A stretch of DNA of 64,000 bases from Verrucomicrobia bacterium UBA1200 (GTDB lineage Bacteria; Verrucomicrobiota; Kiritimatiellia; RFP12; UBA1067): positions 134,361 through 198,360 of the forward strand of contig DBXY01000022.1 of NCBI GenBank assembly GCA_002309765.1, written 5' to 3'. This document shows, piece after piece, positions 44,243 through 54,503 of this stretch. Positions within the stretch are counted from its first letter, which is position 1. The number at the start of each line of letters is the position of its first letter. Below the pieces are notes generated by a model that ran no database searches, had not been told where the DNA came from, and saw only the letters and a program-made list of their open reading frames with translations. The position numbers and the translations under genes were made by a program.

Positions 44243-47200
44243 TTAACGTTCTCCATTCCAAACGCCGCCGCGAGTTCTTCCAGCATCGCCTCGCATGGGC
44301 GGTCTGCAAACACCGCCGATTCGCAACCAGCCGCCACTCCGCGCAGAAAATAGTATCGGATACCGCCGAAATTCCGTTCCCAAAAGTACTTATCTTTCAG
44401 GTTCTCTTTTAAGAACCGGTGCAACACCGTCGCATACAAGAGATACTGGAAAAAGTAACCGTGTTCAGCCATCTCCGCCGTAACGCCTTCTTTGGAAAAA
44501 CCGCTTTTACATCCGTTGATTGAATTCGACTTCCAATCAACTACATAATAATAGCCGTTGTGGCGGAAAAGCAAATCCAGATACCCTTTTAGGAATCCGT
44601 TCGGCACTAATCGGTTCCACCCATCCATCGCACGAATGAACGGGCGTTTTTCGGAATCTTCTCCCCAGTATCTTTCGATAACGGTTTTGATGGCCGCCGT
44701 GGTAGCCACCGCGTCTCTCGAAGAAAAGTCGAACTCCCATTCGCTGAAACGATCAGCCGCCTTGACTTCGCGCAACGAAAACGTTTCGCCGTCAGGGGCG
44801 TTAATCCGGCGGCTCAACGTCGCTTTCATCATTTCGGCGACCACATCCGCGTTATCGTCGGGCAATCCATGCATTCTCAACGCCGATAGCGTAGCCGTTC
44901 CCACCGTATCATCATCCGCCGCGAAATCAATCTTTTCCAATATCGAATGCCAACATGTGCCCACCGCCAAGCCACCCGGCAAAGCGAAGACTTGATGTTC
45001 TTTGCCTTTCGGATTTCCAGTCGCCGCCGCGGCGGAATTGGTTTCGGTCGCGCCATCCCAATCACGCCCGTCATCGTCTTTACGCTCGGAAGGCGATAGC
45101 GAAGAGTAACTGCCTTTGGACGGTGTCAAATCAAACTCGTGCAGCCTTTTTTCCGGTTTGGGAGAACCTTGGTTCCGGTTCTGCTGCGGCACATAATTTT
45201 CCTGATCTTTAGGCTGGTAATCCTCATTCTCGCGAATCGGGCTGTATTCTGAATCGATGCCGGACTGCGCCAAATGACGTTTGGCGTTGGCCAGCAGCCG
45301 ACAAACCGGCCACGATTCGGGTACGTTTTCCGGCACAATCAACACCGTCCGTTTCGTTGCCCGCGTCATCACCACATAGAGCAACCTGATTCTCTCGTCG
45401 ATAATCTCGCTATGATGTTTCCCGGTAATTTCCGTTGAATAGACAAACGTGCCGTCATCATCATGATACCCGTAAGGCCCTTTGTCGTTTTGGTTTTTCT
45501 TGTCACTCACGGGCAGGGGAACAATCACCACGGGAAACTCCAGTCCCTTCGAGACGTGCATGGTCATGATTTTCACCGCATCATGCTCACTCTCAAGTTC
45601 ACGCGCATATTCTTCGCTGCGCGCTTCAGGCCCCGCGGCACCGAAATTATTGCTGTATCCTTTTGCGATGCGGTCCGCCACCCATGCGATCAGTGCTTCC
45701 GGTGACGGCCCTTGCTGTCGGACGGTACGGATGGAGAGATCAATCAGCTGAATCGCGTCCGCCAGTTTTCGCTCTCCGTCTGGTTGCGCCGCGAACCGAC
45801 TGCGGAAATTGCAACGGTCATAGTTCTCCAGTTCGGCCATCGCCGCATCAAACCCGCGTTTCATCCAGACACGGTTCAACTCCTTGAACTTGGCCAGCGC
45901 CTGGGCCAATGTCTCGCCCTCTCCCTCGGCATCGGCATCCAGCTCACCCGGTGTGAAGTCGAAGAACGAGGAAAGCATGGCGGCCCGCACTCGACCCGCG
46001 CCGCCCTCCAGCGCCATTGCTTGAAGCAAGGTGAGGAATTCTTTCGCCAAGGGTTGACCGAACACATTGCCGGCGTGTTGCAACACCACCGGCACATTCT
46101 TTGCGCGAAGCGCATTGCGCAGTATATCGCCACTTGTATGACTTGGCACAAGAATAGCGATATCTTTCGGCGTGATTTTCCCGCGCTGTTCCTCAAGAAC
46201 CGATAGCACCGACTCCACAACCGCGGAGTTCATGCCTTCCGAAATCGCCAATCCTTCCTTATTTTCTTTAGTCTTGTGATTTTTTACATGGATTACGCGG
46301 AAGGGCTGAGGATCATCCGCCCCATTGATTTGAAACGCTTCTCTTGTGTTGTCTGCTTCTAAATTCGCTGAATAGTCAATCGTTGCATCGCCAAAAGTGT
46401 AATCGGTTTTCCCGTCCGCAGACCGAAAATCTTTGAAAAAAAGATTCACCGCGTCGATTAGCCGAGGGGTTGAACGGTAGTTCTTGCCAAGACAAAACGT
46501 ATTGGCGGAGACATCGTCGCGCCTTGCGGCGGCCGCGTAAGTGTAAATGTCGCCGCCGCGAAAAGAATAAATCGCCTGCTTGGGATCGCCCACAAAGAAG
46601 AGTGTCGGCTTTACCACCCCGTCAGGAACATCGAGAAAGACGCGACGGAAAATCTCGTACTGTACGGGATCCGTATCCTGAAACTCATCAACCACCACCG
46701 CCTTGAACTCCTGACGCAAATGCACCGCCAACTTACCAGCGGTATCGTTGCGCAACGCATCCCGAAGCGATAGCAGTAGCTCGTCGAATGTGCGAGTGCG
46801 ACGGGAGTCACGTGCGGCATGGTATGCCTCGACGATCTCTTGGGCTTTCGCCAACATCTGTCCGTTCGGCGAGTTTTCATCGGCAACGATTTTCGCGTCG
46901 GGATGGCTTGCGAGTTTTACCACATATTCAGTCATCAGCCCCAAATCCGGTTTATTCTGCGGCCGTTCGCGCGCCACGCGCCACCAATCGCGCGCCATCC
47001 GGTAGAGCAACGCGGAATCGCTATCGGTAAGCTCGGCATCGAACGGTGCCCCTGTCTCGAAAGCATACCGCGCCAAAGCGCGACGGCTAAACCCGTGGAT
47101 GGTGGAGATTGCGGCACAGTCGAACTCCATCAGCGCGATCTCCAGACGGGTACGGGCAATTTCATTGGAGACTTCGGCTACTTTTACGCGTCTGCACAAA

Positions 47201-47484
47201 TCTTCAAGGCGGCTGCGTTCTTTGTCATCGACCTGTTCCCCGTTGTAGTATGCGTACAACAGTTGCAACACTTTTCTCAAGCGGTCGCGCAATTCCTTCG
47301 TCGCTTTTTCGGTGAAGGTCATCACTTGTATTTCGGCTACGCGCAATCCCCGCTCGGCCACCAGCCGGGCGTAGATGTTCTGGATGCTATAGGTTTTTCC
47401 CGTCCCGGCGGATGCCGCGACAAGATGCGGTCCGTCCAAAGCTACCGCATTATCGAAAACCCGGCCTTTACAATTATTATTCAT
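44239..47484 (-). CDS. recB: exodeoxyribonuclease V subunit beta (UvrD-type helicase + PD-(D/E)XK nuclease)
   Basis: VAASAGTGKTYSI, VDEFQDTDPVQYEIF, and the C-terminal nuclease block GYLDLLFRHNGYYYVVDWKSN. Confidence 0.85.
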   Translation of the reverse strand: MNNNCKGRVFDNAVALDGPHLVAASAGTGKTYSIQNIYARLVAERGLRVAEIQVMTFTEKATKELRDRLRKVLQLLYAYYNGEQVDDKERSRLEDLCRRVKVAEVSNEIARTRLEIALMEFDCAAISTIHGFSRRALARYAFETGAPFDAELTDSDSALLYRMARDWWRVARERPQNKPDLGLMTEYVVKLASHPDAKIVADENSPNGQMLAKAQEIVEAYHAARDSRRTRTFDELLLSLRDALRNDTAGKLAVHLRQEFKAVVVDEFQDTDPVQYEIFRRVFLDVPDGVVKPTLFFVGDPKQAIYSFRGGDIYTYAAAARRDDVSANTFCLGKNYRSTPRLIDAVNLFFKDFRSADGKTDYTFGDATIDYSANLEADNTREAFQINGADDPQPFRVIHVKNHKTKENKEGLAISEGMNSAVVESVLSVLEEQRGKITPKDIAILVPSHTSGDILRNALRAKNVPVVLQHAGNVFGQPLAKEFLTLLQAMALEGGAGRVRAAMLSSFFDFTPGELDADAEGEGETLAQALAKFKELNRVWMKRGFDAAMAELENYDRCNFRSRFAAQPDGERKLADAIQLIDLSIRTVRQQGPSPEALIAWVADRIAKGYSNNFGAAGPEARSEEYARELESEHDAVKIMTMHVSKGLEFPVVIVPLPVSDKKNQNDKGPYGYHDDDGTFVYSTEITGKHHSEIIDERIRLLYVVMTRATKRTVLIVPENVPESWPVCRLLANAKRHLAQSGIDSEYSPIRENEDYQPKDQENYVPQQNRNQGSPKPEKRLHEFDLTPSKGSYSSLSPSERKDDDGRDWDGATETNSAAAATGNPKGKEHQVFALPGGLAVGTCWHSILEKIDFAADDDTVGTATLSALRMHGLPDDNADVVAEMMKATLSRRINAPDGETFSLREVKAADRFSEWEFDFSSRDAVATTAAIKTVIERYWGEDSEKRPFIRAMDGWNRLVPNGFLKGYLDLLFRHNGYYYVVDWKSNSINGCKSGFSKEGVTAEMAEHGYFFQYLLYATVLHRFLKENLKDKYFWERNFGGIRYYFLRGVAAGCESAVFADRPCEAMLEELAAAFGMENVK

Positions 47485-50400
47485 GCTTTTTGCAACCTCG
47501 CCGAACTGACAAATACCATGTCCCTCAACACCATTTCGCGCAACTCGTCCGGCAGCGCGTCATCCTTCCAGCCGACATTTAGATCTGGCAAATTTTCCGG
47601 TAACGGATTGAAAGCAAGTTCCAAAATCTCATCAAGCTTCTGATTCGCCCGCTCCGCGTCCATCGGATGGATACACATCAGCTTACCGTCGCCATACATA
47701 ATGACGGATAGAAATCGCAGACCTGCCGCATGGCCGACCAAATGGCGCACCAGTAATTCGCTTTCCGCGCTGCCCAACTCATCCGCCCCGTATTCCGAAT
47801 AAACCATGTGATGATCAGTGCCGTTATCTTGGGCAAACTTCATCATGCCGGTCACCAGCACGTTATGCCCCTTCACCAATCGGCACACATCCACACGCGC
47901 CGGATTAGCTTCGGCCACCCGCCGCAATATATCAACGGCTCTAACCGATTCGCTCTTGTACCCTTCCGGAGAACGTTCAAACCGCATTTTTCTCCGCATG
48001 ATTTTATTACGGTCGTTCCCGTTTTTAATCTGATCAACCGCTTCTTCGACCGAAGTCCTATCGCAAGCCCGACCTTCCTCTATCAAGAGGTCTCCGGGCA
48101 ACTGTTTATCGTCATCACCCAGCTTGATCATAACCCTCTCACCATAGGATAGCTTCGTGGCCGTCGCTTCCTCGTCAACCAGTTCATCGCTTGAGGCGTC
48201 AGCACCCCACATTTTCAACCGTCTTCTCAAGAAGGCGTTTGGTTTGGCAAGGAACTCTGACAAATCATCAAAATACACCACGGTCTCGCCCTCGGACGCG
48301 AACTTAAACGCGGTAATAGTATTCGTCACGTTTTCATCTGGCCGTTTGTCCGCTTTCGCCAGAATCGCCGCCGCAGCCGCGCGATCGGCGGTGGAATAGT
48401 TGGGCGGCAACGGGGAATCGCCCTCAAACTCGTAGAAGTACCGGATGCTGTAGGACTGCAACGGATGCTCATAACGGGTTATGCCGTTTTTTCGCTCCCG
48501 ATCAAACCAGTCCAAAAGATCGCTGAGCGGCACCGCCGGCGGAATCTTCTCATTCGAGCGGATGTCATGACCCACATAACTCAACGCAAGCCGCTCACGC
48601 GCACCGAGAACTGCCTTGAGTAGGGAGAATCCGTCCCTTTCCCGCAGCGACGCGTCATACGGCGTGGGATGCCGCCCAATCTGGTCGAATGACGGGCGGG
48701 TACCGTCGCGGGGGAACTTGCCGTCGTTCAACCCGCAGACCCACACCAGTTTCGCGGGGGTCGCCGCAGAACTTTTGAGTGGCGCAAACCTCACTGCATC
48801 ACCCACCGCCGCGCTATACGGACGTACACCGCGAATCGCGCTTTGCACCGCGCTAAGAAACACCTCCGCCTCGATTTCCGGCGGGACACCTACTCCGCCA
48901 TCCGCCACCCAAGCATCCATCGCGTGCTGCTCCGCGGATTTAATCGCGCGGCGGACCGCGGTCAACTCTTTCCGGTTGTCCGATCCCGAATCGTCATCCC
49001 CGGCATTGTAGAAACAATCGACCGCCTCCCGCAACCGTTCTCCCCAATCTTCAGCGGTTTTGCCACCGCGCAGTTCTGCCCGAAACGCGTGTAACTGTTT
49101 TACGAATTTGTCCAGTGCCGCCACAAGACGGGTGCGTTCCTGTTCCACCTTACCGCAAGGGCGCAAAACTCCGATTTCCCCGGCGCTGACGAGCGAATCG
49201 GGGTTTCCCCTCGGCCCCATCAAGGCATCGAGTTCCAGACGATCAAGTCCGCGCCGCCAAGTGAATGGGTATGGCTCAGCAGGGTTGGCCAAGCCAAGCC
49301 CCAGCGACTCCGCCACATCCCGGTCGTCATAACCCCAGTGGATGTTCGCATCACGTACCATCCGCTTCAACACATCGATCCCGTCAGCGGCGATTCCAAA
49401 TTTGCCGCGGATGGTCGGCACGCTTAAAAGAGAAAAGACCGCGCTCACCTCGAACCGGTTCTCCCGGAACGCAAGTAATTCACCAAAGGAATGCATGAGC
49501 GGCGATTCATCGGCGACCAGTCCGTCCAGTTTCAAGGGGATTCTCGCCGCCACTTCGCGCTCGGTACCGAACACCGCTTCTGCCAGCGGCGCGTAGGTAG
49601 CCCAATCGGCACACAAAACCAACACCTCCCCCGGCTTGGTTTGAGGATTTTCCTCAAAGAAACGGTAGATGCCGTTGCGTACCGCCTCCAGTTCACGGCG
49701 CGGCGAATGGCAGACGTGCAATTCAACATCCAACTCGCGCAACGGTTTGAACCGGCATCCGGTTTCCGCCGCTTCCGCCGGAACGGGCTGGGAGAAAACA
49801 TCGGATAGCCAATAGCAATTTCCCTCGGAAATGTCAACCTCCGAAAACAGTGCCCCGCGCCCGCCGGTAGCAAGGGCACCAAGGAGCGCCCGGTCCGCCA
49901 CGTTTCCGATTTCGGGCATACTGGGTTCCAGCGCCTCATCGCCAATTTCCATCGCGCTACGCAAAGCCGTCACCCGTTGACGAATACTCTCCCGCTTCCC
50001 CTCCACATCCATCCAAAAACCGGGGCAGGGGCTGAAACTCCAAACCACAGTGGGAATTGAATCGGCAATCCGCTTCAAAAACTCAAAATAGGGCCACGGC
50101 GCGAACGCAACATCAAACACATGGATGGACTTGTATCTTGGGAAACCATGCACAAACGCCGTCTCCGGATTTGACTCTCCGCTAAATACCCCAACGTAGT
50201 CCTTCGTATAAGTGTTCCCGTTAACCCGAACCAGTCTGCGATACAACTCACGCTGCCACGCCTCTTCGTCCCTTTTTAGTTCGCCACCGTTCTCCCAACG
50301 GTCCAGCATGGTATAACGGTAATTGAGATAATCGTCGAACATCTCTGCCAGTTTCGCCGCCAACTCGTAACGGCGGAGCGCCGAAGCCTTCTCCCCGATG

Positions 50401-50789
50401 TAGGAGAGCAAAGGACCGAAAACCGTATCGACAGGATTCTGCCCCGGATCTGCGGCGCGGAGTATCGCGTCGATCCGCCAAGCCAGCACTTCTTTGGCGT
50501 ACGGATGCGCCGCCGCGTTACGCTGAATCCCGTCCTTGCCGCGCACCGCAGCCAACCAGTCGTTAACGAACTCGGCAACCGGCTTATAGTCAATGTTCGC
50601 CAAAATGCGGCGGGAACCGGATTTGCGGCGCAGAAGAAAATAATCCTGAAGCCAATTGCGGGTGGATAAATCACCCACCACCACGCAGGTGCGGTCGAAC
50701 GGTTCGCCGCCGGCCCCATTCTCCCAGTGCGCGAACAGCCCTTCCGCCAGCACTTCCAGCCGGTCACTCCAAAAAACTTCCAACGACAT
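47481..50789 (-). CDS. recC: exodeoxyribonuclease V subunit gamma
   Basis: 1102 aa. It has the RecC-like N-terminus MSLEVFWSDRLEVLAEGLF and lies upstream of, and overlapping, recB in the canonical recC-recB-recD order. Confidence 0.75.
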   Translation of the reverse strand: MSLEVFWSDRLEVLAEGLFAHWENGAGGEPFDRTCVVVGDLSTRNWLQDYFLLRRKSGSRRILANIDYKPVAEFVNDWLAAVRGKDGIQRNAAAHPYAKEVLAWRIDAILRAADPGQNPVDTVFGPLLSYIGEKASALRRYELAAKLAEMFDDYLNYRYTMLDRWENGGELKRDEEAWQRELYRRLVRVNGNTYTKDYVGVFSGESNPETAFVHGFPRYKSIHVFDVAFAPWPYFEFLKRIADSIPTVVWSFSPCPGFWMDVEGKRESIRQRVTALRSAMEIGDEALEPSMPEIGNVADRALLGALATGGRGALFSEVDISEGNCYWLSDVFSQPVPAEAAETGCRFKPLRELDVELHVCHSPRRELEAVRNGIYRFFEENPQTKPGEVLVLCADWATYAPLAEAVFGTEREVAARIPLKLDGLVADESPLMHSFGELLAFRENRFEVSAVFSLLSVPTIRGKFGIAADGIDVLKRMVRDANIHWGYDDRDVAESLGLGLANPAEPYPFTWRRGLDRLELDALMGPRGNPDSLVSAGEIGVLRPCGKVEQERTRLVAALDKFVKQLHAFRAELRGGKTAEDWGERLREAVDCFYNAGDDDSGSDNRKELTAVRRAIKSAEQHAMDAWVADGGVGVPPEIEAEVFLSAVQSAIRGVRPYSAAVGDAVRFAPLKSSAATPAKLVWVCGLNDGKFPRDGTRPSFDQIGRHPTPYDASLRERDGFSLLKAVLGARERLALSYVGHDIRSNEKIPPAVPLSDLLDWFDRERKNGITRYEHPLQSYSIRYFYEFEGDSPLPPNYSTADRAAAAAILAKADKRPDENVTNTITAFKFASEGETVVYFDDLSEFLAKPNAFLRRRLKMWGADASSDELVDEEATATKLSYGERVMIKLGDDDKQLPGDLLIEEGRACDRTSVEEAVDQIKNGNDRNKIMRRKMRFERSPEGYKSESVRAVDILRRVAEANPARVDVCRLVKGHNVLVTGMMKFAQDNGTDHHMVYSEYGADELGSAESELLVRHLVGHAAGLRFLSVIMYGDGKLMCIHPMDAERANQKLDEILELAFNPLPENLPDLNVGWKDDALPDELREMVLRDMVFVSSARLQKA

Positions 50790-51012
50790 CTAGCCCCCCG
50801 CCATGTTTAGCGTCGCACCTTTTTCGGACGGTGCTTTTGCCGGTGACAATTGCGAAAAACGTCCTAATAATACACTAAATATGGGCGTTTTGGCAATTAA
50901 TGTACGCCATTTTTTTATTTTTGGCGAAATAATAAGCTTTTTTTAGCGAAAAATGCATTCCCAAAAGTGATGGATTGTCGTATAATATAAAACTGTTTTT
51001 GGAGTTTGTGTC

Positions 51013-51714
51013 ATGAGCGAATACCTGAATCGAATCACGGAACTATTGCAGCGGATTGAAAATGAAGAGGATACGGCGCTAAACCGCGCTTCAGATGCGG
51101 TGGCGGATACCATTTGCCGGGATGGCATCGTACACGTTTTCGGCTGCGGCCATTCGCACCTTGCCGCGCTGGACACTTTCTACCGCGCAGGCGGGCTTGC
51201 CTGCGTATCCCCCGTGCTGGATGTGGACCTGATGCTCCACGACGGCGCGGCGAAATCCAGCCGAATGGAGAAGATGCCGGGTATCGCGGCGGAAGTCTTC
51301 CGCCGCCACGGCGTTAAGCCCGGCGACCTTTTCATCGTCATCTCCGCCAGCGGCAAGAACGCCGCGCCGGTCGAGATGCTGCGCACCGCAAAGGCGGCCG
51401 GGGTGACGACGGTCGCGATTTCGTCATCCGCCTACCGCGAACACGGGGCGGTGCTGTTGGACGAGGCGGACCTACCGATCGACTGCAAAGTCCCTTACGG
51501 TGACGCCGTGATCGCGGTCGGCGAATCTAAAATGGGCGGGCTATCCACCTCCGCCTCTTGTTTCATTCTCAACTCGATACTGATCGAAGGGGCGAAAAAG
51601 GCTTTGGGACGCGGCGTTAAGCCCCCTATCTATACCAGCGGCAACATCGCGGGCGGCACGGAGAGTAACATCGCGCTGGAGAAGCGGTATTTTAACCGGG
51701 TGAAACATCTATGA
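51013..51714 (+). CDS. SIS-domain protein (UPF0309 family sugar-phosphate isomerase-like)
   Basis: GIVHVFGCGHSHLAALDTFYRAGGLA and ISASGKNAAPVE are SIS-type blocks. Confidence 0.65.
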   Translation: MSEYLNRITELLQRIENEEDTALNRASDAVADTICRDGIVHVFGCGHSHLAALDTFYRAGGLACVSPVLDVDLMLHDGAAKSSRMEKMPGIAAEVFRRHGVKPGDLFIVISASGKNAAPVEMLRTAKAAGVTTVAISSSAYREHGAVLLDEADLPIDCKVPYGDAVIAVGESKMGGLSTSASCFILNSILIEGAKKALGRGVKPPIYTSGNIAGGTESNIALEKRYFNRVKHL

Positions 51715-52556
51715 CAAAACGACAGGCAAAAATCGCCGTAATCGGCATGATCGGCAAATCCGTGTTTATGGAGGTCGATCAGTTCCACAAGGGCGGCGAA
51801 ACGGTGGTCGCCAAATCCTGCCACGAGGATTGGGGCGGCAAAGGATTCAACCAAGCGGTGGCGGCGGCGCGGCAGGGCGCGGCGGTGGCGTTCTTAGGCG
51901 CCTGCGCAGAAAAAGACCGCCCCTCCATCGCGTCCGATCTCGCCGGGGAACGCGGACTGACGCTGCGGCTGATCGGACGGCCGGTCAACTCCGCGCTGGC
52001 AACGATTATAACCGATGCCGAGGGTACTACGCGAGTCACCTGCTGCGCCGGCGCGGAATTGGAGGTTGCGGATGTCGATGCTTTCGCCGATGAAATCGTC
52101 GCGGCAGATCTGCTTCTGTTGAGCAACGAGGTGCCGGAAGAGGTGAACCTACGGGCCTCCGAAATCGCGGCGGCGCATGGCGTGGAGATTATCCTAAACC
52201 CCGCCCCGGCGCGTCCCCTGCCCGAAGCGCTGAAAAGCCGGGTATTTCTCTTCACGCCGAATGAGTTTGAAACGGCCGGACTGGAAGACGCCGGCGGCGA
52301 GGTTGTCACAACGCTGGGCGGCGCCGGATGCAAAATCCGTTCTACCGGCGAGGTTGTTCCGCCGGTATGCTGCGGCAAAGTGCTCGACACCACCGGCGCG
52401 GGTGACACTTTCAACGGCGTACTTGCCGTGCGGATTGCCGAGGGCGAACCGATTGCGGACGCCTGCCGCGTCGCCAACGCCGCGGCCGGCAAAGGAGTGA
52501 CGGTGCGGTACGTCCTGCCGTCGATACCATACCGGGAAGGTTTTACAAAGGAGTAA
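51711..52556 (+). CDS. PfkB-family carbohydrate kinase (ribokinase-like)
   Basis: GGKGFNQAVAAAR and DTTGAGDTFNG motifs. ATGA overlap with the SIS gene. Confidence 0.75.
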   Translation: MTKRQAKIAVIGMIGKSVFMEVDQFHKGGETVVAKSCHEDWGGKGFNQAVAAARQGAAVAFLGACAEKDRPSIASDLAGERGLTLRLIGRPVNSALATIITDAEGTTRVTCCAGAELEVADVDAFADEIVAADLLLLSNEVPEEVNLRASEIAAAHGVEIILNPAPARPLPEALKSRVFLFTPNEFETAGLEDAGGEVVTTLGGAGCKIRSTGEVVPPVCCGKVLDTTGAGDTFNGVLAVRIAEGEPIADACRVANAAAGKGVTVRYVLPSIPYREGFTKE

Positions 52557-52561
52557 CAGAC

Positions 52562-53314
52562 ATGAATCTTAAACGAATGAACAAAGGACTCGACTTCCTG
52601 CGCGGGAAGTACGGAGCAAAAAAAGGCGAAATCACCATTAAGGACGGGCACTGCTATGTTGGGGCAACGCCACTCCTGCCGGGCCGAATGGAACGTAAGA
52701 TCGTCGAGTTAAAGAAAATGACGGAAAACGGGACGCTCGAAGGCGTCTCCACTTTGCGTTTTGCCGCCTTCGCGCCCAAAGGGACGGACTTGGAGGCGAT
52801 GCTGGCGAAGGAACTGGATCTCGCCGCCTACCTCGGCGCATCGGACATCGTGCGCGTAATGGCCGTCGCAAACGGGAACGCGATTAACGTGCTGGCGAAA
52901 CTCGCGAACGATGTCAACGTCTCGGTCGAGATCGGCGCGGGACTCCCGAAGGGAGAGTCCGGCTATGACCGTCACGAGATCATCGCCAAGCGCGGCGTCG
53001 CCTGCGACCAGACCGTTGACACGCACACCCCGCACTCGTCAATCCGGTGCTGGGGCGCTAAGGGGACTGACGACTTCACCGATGTCGATACCGAACTGTT
53101 CGGGCTGACTTACGAAGAGATTTGGAACGTTCGCGCCGCGTTTGCGCTATTGCAGGGACGCGCCTCCGCGAAAATCTGGAAAGCCGCATGGGCCAAAGCA
53201 ACGAAAGCCGCCGCGCTCGCCTTTGAAAGCGATCGCAAGAAAGCGGCAAAGGCCATTGCAGTCAAGCAGGGCTTGAACACTAACGAGGCCATCAAAACAT
53301 CGGAGGTGCGCTAA
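52562..53314 (+). CDS. hypothetical protein resembling a Gfo/Idh/MocA C-terminal domain without the Rossmann N-terminus
   Basis: No GxGxxG N-terminal region. The central part loosely resembles the oxidoreductase C-terminal alpha/beta domain. TAATG overlap with the next gene. Confidence 0.4.
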   Translation: MNLKRMNKGLDFLRGKYGAKKGEITIKDGHCYVGATPLLPGRMERKIVELKKMTENGTLEGVSTLRFAAFAPKGTDLEAMLAKELDLAAYLGASDIVRVMAVANGNAINVLAKLANDVNVSVEIGAGLPKGESGYDRHEIIAKRGVACDQTVDTHTPHSSIRCWGAKGTDDFTDVDTELFGLTYEEIWNVRAAFALLQGRASAKIWKAAWAKATKAAALAFESDRKKAAKAIAVKQGLNTNEAIKTSEVR

Positions 53315-54393
53315 TGAAACCGGTTAAAATCGCAATGATGGGCATGACGCACGGGCACACCCGCAAGTACTACCAGACGCTGATCGAAAACAAGAAGCTG
53401 GATTGGGTCGCGTCTTGCGCCCAAGACGAAGAGGCGAAGCGCGTTTACGAGCTTTACGAAACCGGCGTCCCTTGTTATCTCGATCCTGACGAAATGTACC
53501 GGAAACATCCGGACATCGAGGCGGTGGTGATCGCTTCCGCCAACGACCGCCACTTCGAGCAGATGAAGTGGTGCGCCGAAAAGGGTATCCACATTCTCTC
53601 GATGAAGATCCCGACCTTCGACATGAAGGAATATGACGAAATGATCGAGATGTGCGACAAGGCCGGAATCGTCTGCCAGATTGAACTAGAGATGCACTAC
53701 AACTCCGTAGTGAGGAGGTTGGAAAAGCTGATCAAGGACGGCGCGATCGGCAAGATCAAATCGGTGCAGGCCACCAACATCACTCTCTCGCCGGTCTGGG
53801 CGTTCCCGTGGCAGGGCGACCCCAAGGCCAGTTTCGGCAGCATTGTACCGCTGAAGCGGGGCGATCCTCGTTTCCGCGGCGGCGCGCTTTGCGATCATCC
53901 GCACATCTTCGACCTGATCCGTCACCTGACCGGTTCGGATTTCGACTACATCTTCGCCGAGGTAGCGCCGAATCTCCGCGACGGGTTGAAGGTGGAAGAT
54001 ATGCTCATGGCGGTTGGCAAAATGAAAGACGGAACCGCGTTTCTGTTTGATCCGTCCTGGTCTCGCCTCGAAGAGAAGCTCAAGGTGCCAGGACCGGGCT
54101 GGGAACGCTTCCCGAAACGCATGGAGGTGAACGTCACCATCACCGGCGATAAGGGAATGATCAGCTGCGACTGCTTCGGGCCGAACGTCTATCACAACGG
54201 CGCCCCCAACGACCGCTATACCGTGCAATACACTTACTTTGACGAGTGGGTCGGACTCATCGACGAGTTTGTCGATTGCATCCGCAACCACAAGACCCCG
54301 CTTATCAACCTCAGGTGGCACAAGCAGACGATTCAAGCCATGCTTGGCTGTTACGAGTCTATCCAGACGGGTAAAATCGCCAAGGTCAACTGA
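53314..54393 (+). CDS. Gfo/Idh/MocA-family oxidoreductase
   Basis: MKPVKIAMMGMTHGHTRKY Rossmann start and the typical EKP-like region CAEKGIHILSMKIP. Confidence 0.7.
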   Translation: MKPVKIAMMGMTHGHTRKYYQTLIENKKLDWVASCAQDEEAKRVYELYETGVPCYLDPDEMYRKHPDIEAVVIASANDRHFEQMKWCAEKGIHILSMKIPTFDMKEYDEMIEMCDKAGIVCQIELEMHYNSVVRRLEKLIKDGAIGKIKSVQATNITLSPVWAFPWQGDPKASFGSIVPLKRGDPRFRGGALCDHPHIFDLIRHLTGSDFDYIFAEVAPNLRDGLKVEDMLMAVGKMKDGTAFLFDPSWSRLEEKLKVPGPGWERFPKRMEVNVTITGDKGMISCDCFGPNVYHNGAPNDRYTVQYTYFDEWVGLIDEFVDCIRNHKTPLINLRWHKQTIQAMLGCYESIQTGKIAKVN

Positions 54394-54435
54394 TTGGGCG
54401 AAAATCGTTTAAGCCTGCGTAAGCAGAAAAATTTT

Positions 54436-54476
54436 GACGGAAAAGAACGTCCTGCCCCAAGGTGTTCTTTTCCGTC
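54436..54476. terminator. bidirectional hairpin terminator candidate between convergent genes
   Basis: GACGGAAAAGAAC (54436..54448), a 15-nt loop, then GTTCTTTTCCGTC (54464..54476): a perfect 13-bp stem. Confidence 0.55.
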
Positions 54477-54503
54477 AGTCATATCGTAACGGCACTCTGC
54501 CCG

